Positions 39,201 through 52,169 of a stretch of 64,000 nt of DNA are shown here, one piece after another; position 1 is the stretch's first letter, and every line of letters begins with the position of its first letter. Origin of the DNA: Okamejei kenojei. Taxonomy: Eukaryota. The translations under genes and the position numbers were made by a program. The stretch covers positions 156,364,001 through 156,428,000 of the forward strand of contig CM069132.1 of assembly GCA_035221665.1 (NCBI GenBank), in the 5' to 3' direction. The notes below the pieces were generated by a model. The model searched no databases. It worked only from the letters and a program-made list of their open reading frames with translations, and was not told the origin of the DNA.

Positions 39201-40860
39201 TCACTAAGGAAGACATAAATAATCTGCCGGATATAGCAGGGGACCGGGGGTCAAATGAGATGGAGGAAATGAGTGAAATCCAGGTTAGCCAAGAAGTGTT
39301 GTTAGGTAAATTGAATGGATTAAAGGTCGATAAATCCCCAGGGCCAGATAGGCTGCATCCCATAGTACTTAAGGAAGTAGCCCCAGAAATAGTGGATGCA
39401 TTAGTGATAATGTTTCAAAACTCTTTAGATTCTGGAGTAGTTCCTGAGGATTGGAGGGTAGCTAATATAACCCCACTTTTAAAAAAAAGGGAGGGAGAGT
39501 GAAAACGGGGAATTACAGACCAGTTAGTCTAACATCGGTAGTGGAGAAACTGCTAGAGTCAGTTATTAAAGATGGGATAGCAGCGCATTTGGAAAGTAGT
39601 GAAATCATTGGACAAAGTCAGCATAGATTTATGAAAGGTAAATCAAGTCTGACGAATTTTTCGTGGATGTAACTAGTAGAGTGTATAAGGGAGAACCAGT
39701 GGATGTGTTATATCTGGACTTTCAGAAGGCTTTCGACAAGGTCCCACATAAGAGATTTGTATGCAAACTTAAGGCACATGGTTTTGGCGGTTCAGTATTG
39801 ATGTGGATAGAGAACTGGCTGGCAGACAGGAAGCAAAGAGTGGGAGTAAACGGGTCTTTTTCAGGATGGCAGTCAGTGACTAGTGGGGTACCGCAAGGCA
39901 CGGTGCTGGGACCCCGGCTATTTACAATATATATTAATGACACAAAGCGGGGGGCAGTGTTATCTGTGAGGAGGATGCTGGGAGGCTGCAAGGTAACTTG
40001 GATAGGTTGGGTCAGTGGGCAAATGCATGACAGATGCAGTACAATGTGGATAAATGTGAGGTTATCCACTTTGGTGGCAAAAACAGGAGGGGAGACTATT
40101 ATCTGAATGGTGGCCGATTAGGAAAAGGGGAGATACAACGAGAGCTGGGTGTCATGGAACACCAGTCATTGAAAGTAGGCATGCAGGTGCAGCAGGCAGT
40201 GAAGAAAGCGAATGGTATGTTAGCATTCATAGCAAAAGGATTTGAGTATAGGAGCAGGGAGGTTCTACTGCAGTTGTACAGTGTCTTTGTGAGACCACAA
40301 CTGGAGTATTGCGTACAATTTTGGTCTCCTAATCTGAGGAAAGACATTATTGCCATAGAGGGAGCACAGAGAAGGTTCACCAGACTGATTCCTGGGATTC
40401 CTAGGACTTTCATATGAACAAAGACTGGATAGACTCGGCTTGTACTTGCTAGAATTTAGAAGATTGAGGGGGGATCTTATAGAAACATACAACATTCTTA
40501 AGGGGTTGGACAGGCTAGATGCAGGAAGATTGTTCCTGATGTTGGGGAAGTCCAGAACAAGGGGTCACAGTTTGAGGATAAGGGGGAAGTCTTTTAGGAC
40601 CGAGATGAGAAAAACATTTTTCACACAGAGAGTGGTGAATCTCTGGAATTCTCTGCCACAGAAGGTAGTTGAGGCCAGTTCATTGGCTATATTTAAGAGG
40701 GAGTTAGATGTGGCCCTTGTGGCTAAAGGGATCAGGGGGTATGGAGAGAAGGCAGGTACAGGATACAGAGTTGGATGATCAGCCATGATTATATTGAATG
40801 GCGGTGCAGGCTCGAAGGGCTGAATGGCCTACTCCTGCATCTATTTTCTATGTTTCTATG
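36300..40860. mobile_element. Nest of CR1 LINEs in the TM1-TM2 intron (+ 36300-37045; + 37046-40860 interrupted by - 37111-39145)
   Basis: Multiple CR1 ORF2 fragments in both orientations; (TTTCTATG)n tails. Confidence 0.85.
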
Positions 40861-40881
40861 TCTGTGTTTCTATTAACTCAC

Positions 40882-41004
40882 CATCACCAGAGTTACAGCA
40901 GCGCTGTAGGAAATGCTCAGGAAGAACAGGATAATGAATGTGGAAGCGGTTGTCCAGATGTTGTCTGTCTTCCTCATAGTCAAGAGGAACGTTGTCGGCA
41001 TAAT
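40882..41004 (-). CDS. IGHM: IgH TM1 exon, frameshifted
   Basis: ctttgcgtag|(D)YADNVPLDYEEDR, then frame change to DNIWTTASTFIILFFLSISYSAAVTLVM|gtgagt (CART motif); length 123 nt, whereas 122 or 125 would keep frame. Confidence 0.9.
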
Positions 41005-42447
41005 CTACGCAAAGCAGAACACGAAGATGTTCATAATATATTCCAATATAGAACATTCTATTTTATTTATTATTTAGCAAAATAATACGAATATTAATAT
41101 TAATTTCCTTTGAGCTATTTTTACGTTGAGGTGATTATCCTCAATAATTGTATCCAAAATCATGGCCACTTGTAGACACAGTTGTTAATAAACAACCGTT
41201 TATGAATAGTTTTGGAGAAAGAAATGTGTATGTATATTTCTGGGATTAATTGTTCATTCTATAAACATACACTTCCCATTAATATAATTTACTAACCGGG
41301 ATGGTATAAAACCTGAAGTTGGTTATTGCTTACAATGTTATCAGATAACCCTTTATTTGGAGATGGTGACCGGAGCTCGGCGAAGGAACTCACTGAATGC
41401 AAACATGGGCTCCAGATAACTTGCCATAATTCCCACATTAGAACCCTGTTGTCTGATGTATCCTGTTTTCGGTTAGGGGATGGAGGAAGGCTAGTGTACA
41501 AAAAAATAACAGAACCATTATTTTTCTAGTGTAAAATATGGAGCATGAATGATCTACGGTTACACTTAGTTTTTAGGAACGCGTGGAAAACTACTGGTTA
41601 AATGATCTGAATGGCCCTTCCGTTTGCCTGTAACTAGGTAGATGTGTATCATTAAGTATAAGTTTGCCTAAATCCTAACATCATTTTCGCATTGGTTCAT
41701 GGTTGTGTGCGTGAGCATATATAATGTGTGCGTTGTTGTGGAAAATCTATTTCAATCAGCATTTATGAAGAAGAAAAATATATGAGCCAATATATCTACT
41801 AACGTGTATTGTCACAGGAAATTTGCCTGAAAATCCATTTGTATTAAAGTGAGAGCCTAAATGCATTTGTGTTGTATTAATGTGGGGTTTTTTTGTGCAA
41901 ATATTCACTTTTAGCCACCGTTCCTATTATTTTGCATTTCAAAGAATGTTTGATTGCTGGTCTGTTTAGGTGAATGTCTACATGCTATGGGGTAAATATG
42001 TCGTTAATTGCGTTTTATGTATGTTTCTATGCGACCCCATAAATGATTTTATTTTCGTGCACTTGCTGATGTTTTGTGGTTAGTATGCTTCGTGCACATT
42101 TGGGGAGAGCTGGAAACGGATGTTGCCGTGTCTAATGCTCGAGCCGGCGTGCTGTTCAATGTCTCGCTGCATCTGATATTTGGCGAAGTGTGTGTTCTCA
42201 AGAGCCACTCATAGCGGTTATTGCATCAATCGCCTGCACACATTGCGATGTGCCACAGCATTCTCGACCCGGAGTTAAATGGCCCACTTCTTCATGGGAA
42301 CAATCTATGATGGTGACACTTTATTCTTGTTCTTTAGGTTCCACTTAGTTGTACTTAGAATTACATTGCTTTCATTGAATTGATGATATAGGCGGTTTCT
42401 GCTCTACGCTCCAGAACACATTCTGCATCATGTGCATCAAAGGAGCG

Positions 42448-45400
42448 TGTTGTGAGGTAAACAAAACTTTCACTACTTGTAATTTAACTTTATTTAAGCT
42501 TTAAGCAACTTATTTCTTTAATACATTACTCAGAAACATCTGGCAAACATGGCTGATTCCGCAGGCCTTTCCCGCCCGAAATACTTTGCACATGCGCACA
42601 CTCCGGGAATGTCCCGCGCATGCGCACACTTCATTCTCCCCTCCTATTTATAAGTGAGACGGTCAGGAAGTTTAATACATCTTGATGACCGTCGCAGAAC
42701 TGGAGCTTCAGGAGGTAATGGCGTTTCAATAGCTGGTGGTAGATATATTGCTTGGTCATCAACTTCACTCATATTGTTATTCAGATTTACAATTTTCGAA
42801 TTTCTTATAGAAGTTTCCATAGGGGATGCTGGAAGTGTTGGAGGAAGTTCTCGATTAGTGTTATCAAGAAGTGATGGAGCTGATGGAGAAGACGGACATG
42901 GTGCAAGGTCACATAGTGAGACAGTTGACTGACGTCCATCCTGATACTTGATAGTTGCATAAGATGGGTTGACATTAGTCAGTTCAACTTCATCAACAAA
43001 AGGCTCGTTCTTATTTGATCGGACATAACGACAAACCAACACGGTCCCAGGGCTAGTCAACCATGATGGCAGAGAAGTACCACTAGAAGAACGCCGTTTG
43101 AAGTTAAAGAACCGCTCATGTGGAGTAGTATTGGTAGCAGTTGACAGTAGAGATCTGATGGAGTGTAATGCATCTGGTAGAACACATTCACAATGCTGAT
43201 CTGGTATTCATTTGACTTTAAAGCCAGTTTCACTGCTTTCCAAATGATTCCGTTATACCTCTCAACCTGACCATTTCCAATAGGTTGATATGGTGTTGTT
43301 TCACTTGTTGCAATTCCTCTCTTAGAAAGGTAGCCCTTTAAATCTTTCGACATGAATGAGCTGCCCCTATCAGAATGTATGTAACTTGGAAATCCACAGA
43401 AAGAAAACAGTTGATCTAAACATTTGATAACCATAGCAGCTGACATATTTGGACAAGGAAAAGCAAATGGGAACCTCGAATATTCGTCAACTAAGGTAAG
43501 TATATAAACATTTCGAGAGGAGGATGGTACAGGCCCTTTGAAGTCAATACTCAAATAGGTTGAGTAGCTTTGATCAATCTTCATTCTTCAGGACGGAAGA
43601 ACCTTGGTTTTAATTCAGCACAGATTTTACATGAAGCACACGTCATCTTCACATCTTCTGTAGAGAAAGGTAAGGTTTTGGAACGAACATAGTGTAACAA
43701 ACGAGTGACTCCAGGATGACACAGCCCATTGTGAAGATCAGTGAGTGCAGAAGAATGAACAGAGGCACAAAATGCTCGAGGTTAATGTATCCGGAGCAAC
43801 ATTATCCTTACCAGGGCGGTACTCAATTGAATAACTATATGCAGATAATTCAAACCTCCATTCATGAATTTTACTGTTCTTAATCTTCGTTTGTTTTCGA
43901 TTATCCAGCATAAAAGCTACTGAACGCTGATCTGTTATCAAAGGGAAGTGCTGGCGAGCAAGGAAATGACTCAATTTTCTCACTGCTTCGATAATTGCTG
44001 TAGCTTCCTTTTCGACAGGTGGGTAGTGCAATTTACTACCTTGGAGAGTACGAGACATGAAAGCCACTGGTCGTCCTCCTTGAGTTAATGTTGCTGATAC
44101 TGCTAAATCAGAGGCATCACATTCAACAACAAAAGGGAGATCCTCGTCAATGGCGTGTAATGTCGCAGATTCCAATTGTTTCTTTAAAGAAGTAAAAGCA
44201 CCAATTGCTGTAGAGTCAAGGGGGAAAGATATTGCTCTAATCAAAGGCTGAATTTTGTCAGAAAAATTTGGTATCCATTTTGGATAATATGCCAAGGACC
44301 CTTCATAGAGAGTTTAATGTAACTGGAACAGGTATCTCTTGGAGTGGGCGGAGTCTTTCTGGATCAGGCTTGATTATATCATTTTCAACCCAATAACCAA
44401 GAATATTAATTGATGACACTGATGTTATTGACCTAACCTCATTTACTGTTAGATTTTTAGAATGTACAACATCTAAAAACCGTTGTACATTTTCATCATG
44501 TTCAGCTTGGTCTTTTCCTGCAATAGTTATATTATGAAGATAAGGGAAAGTATCTTTAAGGTTTTCCTGTTCAACAAGTTTGTCCATCTCTCTCTGAAAA
44601 ACAGCCACACCATTAGTTACACCAAAAGGAACTCTGCAGTAGTGATATAATTTCCCATTTGCTTCAAACGCAGTGTATTTCTTCTCTAATTCCTTCAAGA
44701 TCCTATAATTTGATTGTTGAGAGTTGTCAGAGCCATTGAGATTTCCTTATTTGAAGGAATTATGGTTAGATTTAGTCAAGACTTACTTGATTCTGGCAGT
44801 TCAGAAAGTTTTATGTGAACATGTTGTGTCTTAACCCTAACCCTAATGCATTAAGTGTATGGCCATTAATGGATACCATTGTAACTGCATGAGACAAGCT
44901 GTGAGGAAATGCAGCTGTAATTGTACATAAAGGCGGCGTATACATGGCAGCAGTCACAATTTTTGTAGCTGCTTTGGACTTGCATACTCTAGAATAATGT
45001 CCCTTCTTGCCACAACTATTACAAGTTGCCTCTCGAGCAGGGCATATCTCTTTTATGAATATCACCCCCGCAAAAGTAACAGTTCCTTTTTGAATAATTA
45101 TATGCAGCAGCAAGGGCCCCTTTATCAGTAGAAATTGTGTCGGTTTTCTCCATATTTGTACTTGGGTGAAATCCGTTTGTAGTAGTTACAGCAGAATACA
45201 CATTAGATGAGCCATAAGCATCTGCATTTTTCTGAGCCAAGTCTAAAGAGTAAGCTTGATTGTAAGCTGACTGTAAATCCAAGGTTTTGTGTTCTAATAG
45301 TCTCTGTCGTATTAAAGGCGATGCCAAACCATTGATAAAAGAGTCTCGAATAACTTCCTGTCGATATTGATCAGCCATAACTGCTTTGAAGGCACAGTCT

Positions 45401-45994
45401 TTACAATGTCTTTGAAGTTCTTGTAAAAATTCATCAAGTGACTCACCAGGTTTTTGTTTCCGAGTAGCAAGGTGGTGTCGAGTGAATATCACGTTGGGTG
45501 TCTTAACGAAGAGTCTGCTTAGTACATCAATAGCAGAATCATAAGTTGTACATTCCTCTATGTACTCGTATACATCAGAAGAGATGAAGCTTATTAATGT
45601 CTTAAGCCTGTCTGGTGCACCGTTGCCACACTCCTCAAAGAAGTTATTTAGTATACAAAGCCAGTGCTTCCAATTCTTTGCAGCAGCAGGTGAGTTGGGA
45701 TCCAGATCCAAGCGTTGGGGTTTCAATAGTTTTTCCATCCCAAGTCGGACTGTTTGACTTGTAAGATAAGTTGCTTAAATTGTTGTGAGGTAAATGAAAC
45801 TTTCACTACTTGTAATTTATTTAACTTTAAGCTTTAAGCAACTTATTTCTTTAATACATTACTCAGAAATGTCTGGCAAACATGGCTGATTCCGCAGGCC
45901 TTTCCCGCCCGAAATACTTTGCACATGCGCACACTCCGGGAATGTCCTGCGCATGTGCACTCTCTAGAAGAACCACGCACATGCGCCCACTTCA
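42448..45994 (-). mobile_element. Gypsy LTR retrotransposon, near full length, degenerate
   Basis: LTRs at 42448-42633 and 45781-45994 (TG...CA); PPT GGAGGGGAGAA; gag 45019-45738 with CCHC remnants; RT, RNase H and integrase ORFs at 42644-44698. Confidence 0.92.
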
Positions 45995-48185
45995 CCAACG
46001 TACGTTCACTGGCAAACAAAATGAATGAACTCCGGCTACTGATTACGTCCCACAACTGGATCAAAGACTGCAACATCCTGATCTTCATTGAAACCTGGCT
46101 CAACACCGATGTTCCTGACATCGCCATTGAACTAACGGGGCGTCTTATACTCCGAGCGGACAGAACACCAGATCAGAGGTGGGGGTCTGTGCATTTTTGT
46201 GAATAAAGCATGGTGCATGGACACAACCATCATCGAGAGTCACTGCTCAGCTAACCTAGAGTTCCTCTTGGTTAAATGCAGACCGTTCTATCTGCCCAGA
46301 GAGTTTACCTCCACTGTTGTGGCTGCAGCCTATATCCCTCCTGACGCTAATGCTAAGCTTGCAATGAAAGAACTGCATACTGCCATTAGCAAACAACAGA
46401 CTCACAACCCCGAGGCAGCCTTCATTGTTGCGGGTGACTTCAATCACTCCAACCTGAACACTACTCCCCAAATTCCACCAACATGTCTCCTTCACCACTA
46501 GAGAAGACAAGACACTGGAGAAAGTCTACACAAATATGGCTGAAGCTTACAAAGCCTTTCCCCTCCCCCACCTTGGACAGTCTGATCACCTCTCATTGTT
46601 TCTGCTCCCTAAGTACTCCCCACTCATCAGACACGTAAAACCCACAGTGAGAACAGTTAAAGTTTGGTCAGAGGAGGGAGACTCCACACTTCAGCAGCGT
46701 TTTGGAAACACTGACTGGAATGTGTTTGCAGCCCAGGCCACCTTCGACTCCCACACGGACATAGACACTTATACATCCTCTGTTCTGGAATTCATCAACT
46801 CCACCATCAACAGTGTCACCACCCTCAAACGGATTACCTCATTCCCGAATCAGAAGCCATGGATGAACAGCGAGGTCAGGCGACTGCTGAAAGCACGGGA
46901 CTCGGCTTTCAGCTCAGGCGATGCTCGTGCCTATAGTTCATCGAGGGCCAACCTGAAGAGGGGCATCAAGAAGGCCAAGCACAGCTACAAGCTTAGGATT
47001 GAGGAGCATTTCAACAACTCCGACCCCCGACACATGTGGCAAGGCATCCAGTCCATCACGGACTTCAGAGCCACCAACACCACCCCCACATCCAGCGACT
47101 CATCCTTCCTTGAGGAGCTTAATCACTTTTATGGCCGCTTTGACGGGGACAACCAAGAGATGGCTATCAAGGCTGTGCTCCCTGCTGATCACCAGCCCCT
47201 CACACTCACCCCCTAAGACGTGTATCTAGCACTGAGTAGGATTAATACACGCAAGGCTGCTAGCCCTGACAGAATCCCTGGGTGCGTCCTCAGGACCTGT
47301 GCTGCACAGCTGACAGACGTCTGGACTGACATCTTCAACCTGTCACTTGCCCAGGCAGTTGTCCCCACGTGCTTTAAAACCACCTCCATCGAGCCGGTGC
47401 GCTGACAACAACCTGGCCCTCAACTCCAAGAAGCTCATTGTGAACTATAGAAGATCTAGGGGCTGTACGCACACCCCCATCCATATTAACGGGACAGAGG
47501 TGGAATGCGTTTCCAGTTTCAGGTTTCTGGGGGTCAACATCTCTGATGACCTCTTGTACCCACGATACTTCCACAATGGTCAAGAAGGCTCACGAGCGTC
47601 TCCTCTTCCTGAGGAGACTAAAGAAGGTCCATCCCCTCAGATTCTGGTGAACTTCTACTGCTGCATCATCAAGAGCATCCTTACCAACTGTTTCACTGTA
47701 TGGTATGGCAACTGCTCTGTCTCTGACCGGAAAGCACTGCAGAGGGTGGCGAAAACTACCCAACGCATCACCGGTTCCTCACTCCCCTCCATTGAGTCTG
47801 TCCATAGCAAGTGATGTCTGCAAAGGGCGCGCAGCATCGTCAAGGACTGGTCTCACTCCAGCCACAGACTGTTTACCCTCCTCCCATATGGGAGGCGCTA
47901 CAGGTCCCTCCGTTGCCGGACCAGCAGGTTCAGGAACAGCTTCTTCCCTGCGGCTGTTATAATACTTAACTCTGCACCTCGATGATTGCCAGTCACCCCC
48001 CCCCCCCCCCCAGACACTCCTTCCCCCAGTATAATTGTACTACTGATACTGTTTGTACATATATATCTTTTACCGTTCATTATTCTAAGTTTGCTCTTCA
48101 GGGAGATGTTAACTGCATTTTGTTGTCTCTGTACTGTACACTGCACAATGACAATTAAAGATTGAATTGAATTGAATTGAATTCA
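45995..48185 (+). mobile_element. Rex1/Babar-like LINE with an internal RT deletion
   Basis: APE motifs NVRSLANK, ETWL, GDFN, SDH; [10 protein letters not shown]; jump at ~47400; (ATTGA)n tail. Confidence 0.75.
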
Positions 48186-48885
48186 GACCATTGGAGTCAA
48201 TATTAAATGATCTACATTAATGTGACGTCTTTCCGATATACGGCATTTGAAGGTTTTTTTTTTTTTCGAGTAACTTGTTTCATGTGCCTAGCTCAGAAAT
48301 GGGCATTTCTGCTACAAGTGAGAGTATCTGCGATTTACTCATCACCACATGGTAATTTGGTAGGCAACCCATATCCCTGCAAGTTACAACACCGCGTGCT
48401 ATTTAACAAACGCGGCAATGCTCCGAATATCCATATTGTACCATAGACCAGAGACAACATGTCCGCACCTTGACACTCGCCGCAAATTAACCATATAACC
48501 ATATAACAATTACAGCACGGAGACAGGCCCTCTCGGCCCTTCCAGTCCGTGCCGACCATATGTTTTCCCCTAGTCCCATCTACCTGCACTCAGACCATAC
48601 CCCTCCATTCCCTTCACGTCCATATACCTATCCACTTTACTCTTAAATGTAAATTATCATCGATGTTTCCAGTAACCTGTCCGCACCTCATATTCATGCA
48701 AAGTCATCTTGGATTCCCTCTTTTCCAGTTCTGACCAGGGACTCAATGAAGTCTTAGCACCATTTTGCATAGACATTGCTTTGCCGACAGAGTGATCTCA
48801 ATCATTAATTTTAGCTTAATCTCAGAAGAAAAGTGCACCAGTCACCTCTGGCCCACAGAACATCGCTGCAGCCACCCCGGCTCAC

Positions 48886-49188
48886 CTTTCTTCCAGTTGA
48901 TTTGTTCCGTTTTTGGAGTCGGCATATCATCATGGCTCACCATGCATTCAAAATAATCCCCACTCAGCCAGTCATGAGTCGAAATGTTGACTTTGCTCTC
49001 TACGATATCTGCATGTCCTGTGGACTGGATCTCCGATTCCAAATGTTCCTTCATGTGGTTCCAAGATACTGTGATACCATAAGGTGCATCGGATACCCGA
49101 CAGGTTAACGTTACGGTCATCTCCATTAACTCTTGTTCAACAGGTGGTGGAAGGATTGTAATCTTCGGTTCGTTGCAGGAATAAGGAC
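48886..49188 (-). CDS. IGHM: IgH CH3 exon (intact, 303 nt)
   Basis: ctacag|GPYSCNEPKITILPPPVEQELMEMTVTLTCRVSDAPYGITVSW...FECMVSHDDMPTP...WKK|gtgagc; both Cys and the Trp present. Confidence 0.93.
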
Positions 49189-49419
49189 CTGTAGCACAAT
49201 AATTAATGTGAACATAAGCATTTCCAGGAGTAACCGGGATTGAAGGTTTACACCAATCATCCGCCCCCAAACTTTAATGTGTACATGACCCCATCTGAGT
49301 AGTGATTCTGGGAACAAGGGTCCTAAATCGTCATGCACTGACTCTTGTCTCTATGCAGAGAACGACACCATAAATTAAATGAGAGATCGCATCATGGGCT
49401 ATACCACGATAGGTACACA

Positions 49420-51720
49420 ATATGCTGGAGTACTGTATCTCAGCGGGTCAGCCACCGTCTCTGCAGAAAATGAATACGTGCCGTTTCGGCTTGAGGCCCT
49501 CCTTTAGATTGGTATTAATAGGTACAAATGAAAAACAAGGATCTCCACCTCCTTGCCAGTGATGACCCACTTATACCATCTCCACTGGCTTCCTCCTCTT
49601 GGACTTCACCGGATGGCCTTCAACCCTCCTGGACATTTTCATTTCTAACTTCTGACGTGGCATCGGCCGTTTTAACCGTTCCTGCAGCACTCTGACATTA
49701 GCATCAACCCGCCGACAAGGGAGGTGCCTTGGTTGTCTGGTGAGCTGCCCTCTACCGGCTGAGGCCAGTTCCTAACACTTGGACACCTCCTACTTAACCC
49801 TGGACCATGGCTCCACATTATCTCGCCGATCATCTTTAATTTTATCACTTGCGGCTGTCTGCCCTCCAAAACCACAGTACCTTATCGCTCCTCGGCCCGC
49901 ATGGCGCGTTTTCACCTGCTCACCAAAATCCATGAATTGATTCTGCCAGCTCCTGTCCCCCTGAAACATTTCCATGCACCGCAACTCCATCCCATCTCCT
50001 CTGATCCAATCCCTTTCGACCCATGTCCAAGACACGTCACACGTCCGTCTCTTCAATTACTTCCTTTCTCCAGCCCCCAGTGCCCTCAACTTTACCATGG
50101 GCGTTCAGTTACTCTACACCTCCATCCCCCGCCAGTGAGGGCTTAATGTCCTACGTTTCTTCATGGATCGCTGAACCAGCTAATTTCCCTCTACTTAAAG
50201 GAACTGCTCCTCACTATCATCGTCTCATTAGAATTCTCCCAATTCCTCCAAATCAAAGACATAGCATGGGCCCATGGGCTCGTATTGGCCCCAGCGGTGG
50301 CTGCCTCTTTCTCCGCTAGATTGACGACTCAAAAGGGGCTACTTCTTCCAGCCTGCACTCAAATTCACTCGGACAATCTCCGACCACCCTCCACTTTCTT
50401 GATCTCACCGTCTCCATCACAGGAGAAAGCTATTGTCAAACGTCTATTACAAACCTATGGACAACCACAGCTTGCTGGGCGACACTTCTCATCCTGCCTC
50501 CTGCAAAGACTCTAATCCCTGGTCACATCCTCTCTCCATCGTATCTTCACCCAAGATGAGCTGTTCCATACAAGGACATCCGGGATGTGCTCATTTGTTA
50601 GGGAACCGCGTTTCCCCTCTTCTATCATAGATGATGCCCTCACCCATGTCTCCTCAGTATCCCGCAGCTCCGTTCTTTCTCCCATCCCCCCCCCCCCCCC
50701 CTCCACCACCTCTATCTCAACAGGGGCAAATTCCATAAAGACCTTTCACACTGTCAGCCGTCGCATACTGCACAATAATGCTCCAAAGTTTTCGCCACCT
50801 GCAACGGGATTCCACCATTGATCATACCTTTCTATCTCCACCCCTTTCCGCCATTCTCAGAGAATGTTCCCTGCCCAACTCCCTCTTTAATCCACCCCTT
50901 CTTGCAGCAACCATCCCATCTCATGCAACAGCAGGAGACGCAACACTCATCCAGATACCGCCTCACTCAACTTCATCCAGGGACCCCGACAGTCCTTTCA
51001 GATGAGGCAGTTCACTTGCACCTCCACCAACCACTGTTCTAGATGTGGGTTCCTGTACATCGGTGAATCAAAGCGCAGACTGTGGTGGTCGTTTCGCTGA
51101 ACATCTTCGCTCTGTCCGCCTTGCTCAAGGCGATCACCAGCTTGCCAAACACATTAAAACCCACCCCATTCCCACGCTGTCCTTTCTGTCCTGGGCTTCC
51201 TCCACTGTGAGAATGAATCTAAACGCAAATTGGAGGAACAACATCTCATGTTTCGCTTCTGCAACCTAAAACTCAGCGGTATCAATATTGACTTTAATTT
51301 CAAGTAACCCTTGCATTCCATCTGTCTCCGGCCACCTACCACCCTCGTCATCCGACTAGTTTCACTGCGTTCCCGTTTCGTATCACTCTTTGTATCTACT
51401 CGTTATCACCATTTCCAGAGCAACAACGGACCAAAGTGGCCTCGACCTTTCCTTGTTCATTGTTGCTGGCTTTGATTTCTTATTTTCATACCTTTCACTT
51501 ATTTGTTTGTACATTCTCATACCTCTAGTTTCCACTCTCCTCTGATTCATTTGTTTGTACATTCCCATACCTCTAGTTTCCCTCGCCTCTGATTCTAAGT
51601 AGGAAGAAGAGTCTCAACCCGAATCATCACCTATTCCTTTTCTCTGCAGATGCCTAACCCGCTGTTACTCCGGAATTATGTTACTATTTTTGGTGCAAAC
51701 CAGTATCAGCATTTCCATCC
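49420..51720 (+). mobile_element. Degenerate Penelope-like element
   Basis: YYKPMDNHSL, RFAEHLRSVR and KRKLEEQHL-like remnants. Confidence 0.7.
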
Positions 51721-51816
51721 TACACACAGACTTTCACAATGTCAGTGACGTTCTACCACGGTGAGCGCTAATGGTTACACTAATATCCCGAGACACACCA
51801 CGGATGTATTTCTTAC

Positions 51817-52082
51817 CTGGAGACCTACTGATGTTTTGATGGTTGACTTTTTGAACTTCGGCAGCTGGGAATGTCAACTGGCTGGTCACCAGTTTTTCAT
51901 TCACATGGCGGGAGAGGTGACGATGCCAAAATGCAATGGCTCGCCATTCTTCAGCCAATTCACAGTAAATTTCTCTGGGGTGAAATCGTTGACCAAACAC
52001 ACGGCGATCACTTTTCTGCTGCACTTGATTGCATCAAAGGCAGTTATGGTAATGGTGACGGTAGGATGATGTACCACGCGTT
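51817..52082 (-). pseudogene. IGHM: IgH CH2 exon, disrupted
   Basis: ctttcag|ERVVHHPTVT...VCLVNDFTPEKFTVNWLKNG...TSPA, frameshift and TGA at 51901-51903; W..Y-x-C strand absent; 266 nt; donor CAG|gtaaga. Confidence 0.9.
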
Positions 52083-52169
52083 CTGAAAGAAAATAAACTT
52101 TATTGGAATTGCTCATAAGCTATCGTCGATTAATAATGACACCCAATATTTTGACCAAAAATAAAAATC

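Noticed and set aside
48842-48885. Read-through after CH3 (GEPGWLQRCSVGQR*) as a secretory tailpiece
   Set aside because: It lacks the N-glycosylation site and penultimate Cys of a mu tailpiece, and the donor is canonical.
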